The position numbers and the translations under genes are program-made. From contig RSEE01000009.1 of NCBI GenBank assembly GCA_003971905.1, positions 558,001 through 622,000 of the forward strand: a DNA stretch of 64,000 nt, in the 5' to 3' direction. Within the stretch, counting starts at the first letter, position 1. Every line of letters starts with the position of its first letter. Source of the stretch: Moniliella sp. 'wahieum'. Its lineage: Eukaryota. Shown in pieces: positions 63,475 to 64,000 of the stretch. A model generated the notes under the pieces. That model was given only the letters and a program-made list of their open reading frames with translations. It did not search any database and was not told the origin of the DNA.

Positions 63475-64000
63475 ATGGCGCCCCCCCCCCCCGCCCCACG
63501 CCCCCCCCCCGCCGCCGCCCCCTCCCCACCCCACTCCTGCGCCTGCTCCCTCGCGCCCCGGCTGGTGTACAACAGCCTCATGCTCCTCCACCGCCACCCC
63601 GTCGACGCCCACCCGAAGCGCCCCTCCGCACCGCCCACATCTTCCGCCTGCTCAAGACGTCGGCTACCTGGCCAAGCTCGTGCGCGTGCCCACGCGCGAA
63701 GCGCGTCGCAGCGAGATCCGCCGTGTCCACACCCAGGCTGTTGTGAGCGGCGTGTACAACAGCGCGCTCCTGCCCCCCGCCGTGCTTTCTGCCCAGGCTC
63801 CGCAGCTCGAGCGCGACAGCAGCTTGTACCTCAACGATACTCGGCTGTCTGTGCGCGTCTGTCGGCCGGCAGCTTGGTGGAGATGTGCGAGGCGGTCGTC
63901 TCGGGTCGCATCCGTAACGGCTTTGCCCTCATCCGTCCGCCCGGGCACCACGCCGAGCCCGACCGCTCAATGGGCTTTTGTCTCTTCAACAATGTCGCGA
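63475..64000 (+). CDS. Class II histone deacetylase (Hda1/Clr3-like), runs off the window
   Basis: Frameshift-joined VYNSLMLLH...[61 protein letters not shown]. Confidence 0.9.
   Translation, partial: MAPPPPAPRPPPAAAPSPPHSCACSLAPRLVYNSLMLLHRHPVDAHPKRPSAPPTSSACSRRRLPGQARARAHARSASQRDPPCPHPGCCERRVQQRAPAPRRAFCPGSAARARQQLVPQRYSAVCARLSAGSLVEMCEAVVSGRIRNGFALIRPPGHHAEPDRSMGFCLFNNVA

Overview
Gene-dense, GC-rich eukaryotic DNA. It is almost certainly fungal and probably basidiomycete, judging from short GT..CTRAC..YAG introns and the gene families present. Nearly every gene, including essential ones (MRPL16, CAF40, PIN1/ESS1, PDX1), is broken by 1-bp indels, so this looks like an unpolished long-read assembly and gene ends are approximate. 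The first ~4 kb is accessory DNA holding a CRE-clade (Cnl1/MoTeR-like) non-LTR retrotransposon with an RT and a restriction-like endonuclease. A 46-49 bp motif next to its 3' end recurs at 7.8 kb. Next comes a Zn2Cys6 factor / MFS transporter / alpha-beta hydrolase trio. About 25 mostly housekeeping genes follow: PEX26-like, GID7/WDR26, GPI protein, methyltransferase, arrestin-like, PB1+retropepsin-like, Smr, RAD57-like, MRPL16, CAF40, PDX1, PPWD1, annexin, AKR, ARV1, PIN1, GH5, MGS1, DMA1, PSH1-like, a C2H2 factor and a partial HDA1-like gene. There is also an intron-containing tRNA-Ser(AGA). The most notable unexplained signals are: (1) pervasive 7-bp-periodic quasi-palindromic micro-arrays of many unit sequences in intergenic DNA; (2) the RLE retroelement and its recurring flank motif; (3) a Ddi1-like PB1/UBL + retropepsin protein with the catalytic Asp replaced by Lys; (4) an Smr endonuclease ending in a CAAX box. 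All protein family calls are by motif recognition; no database searches were run.
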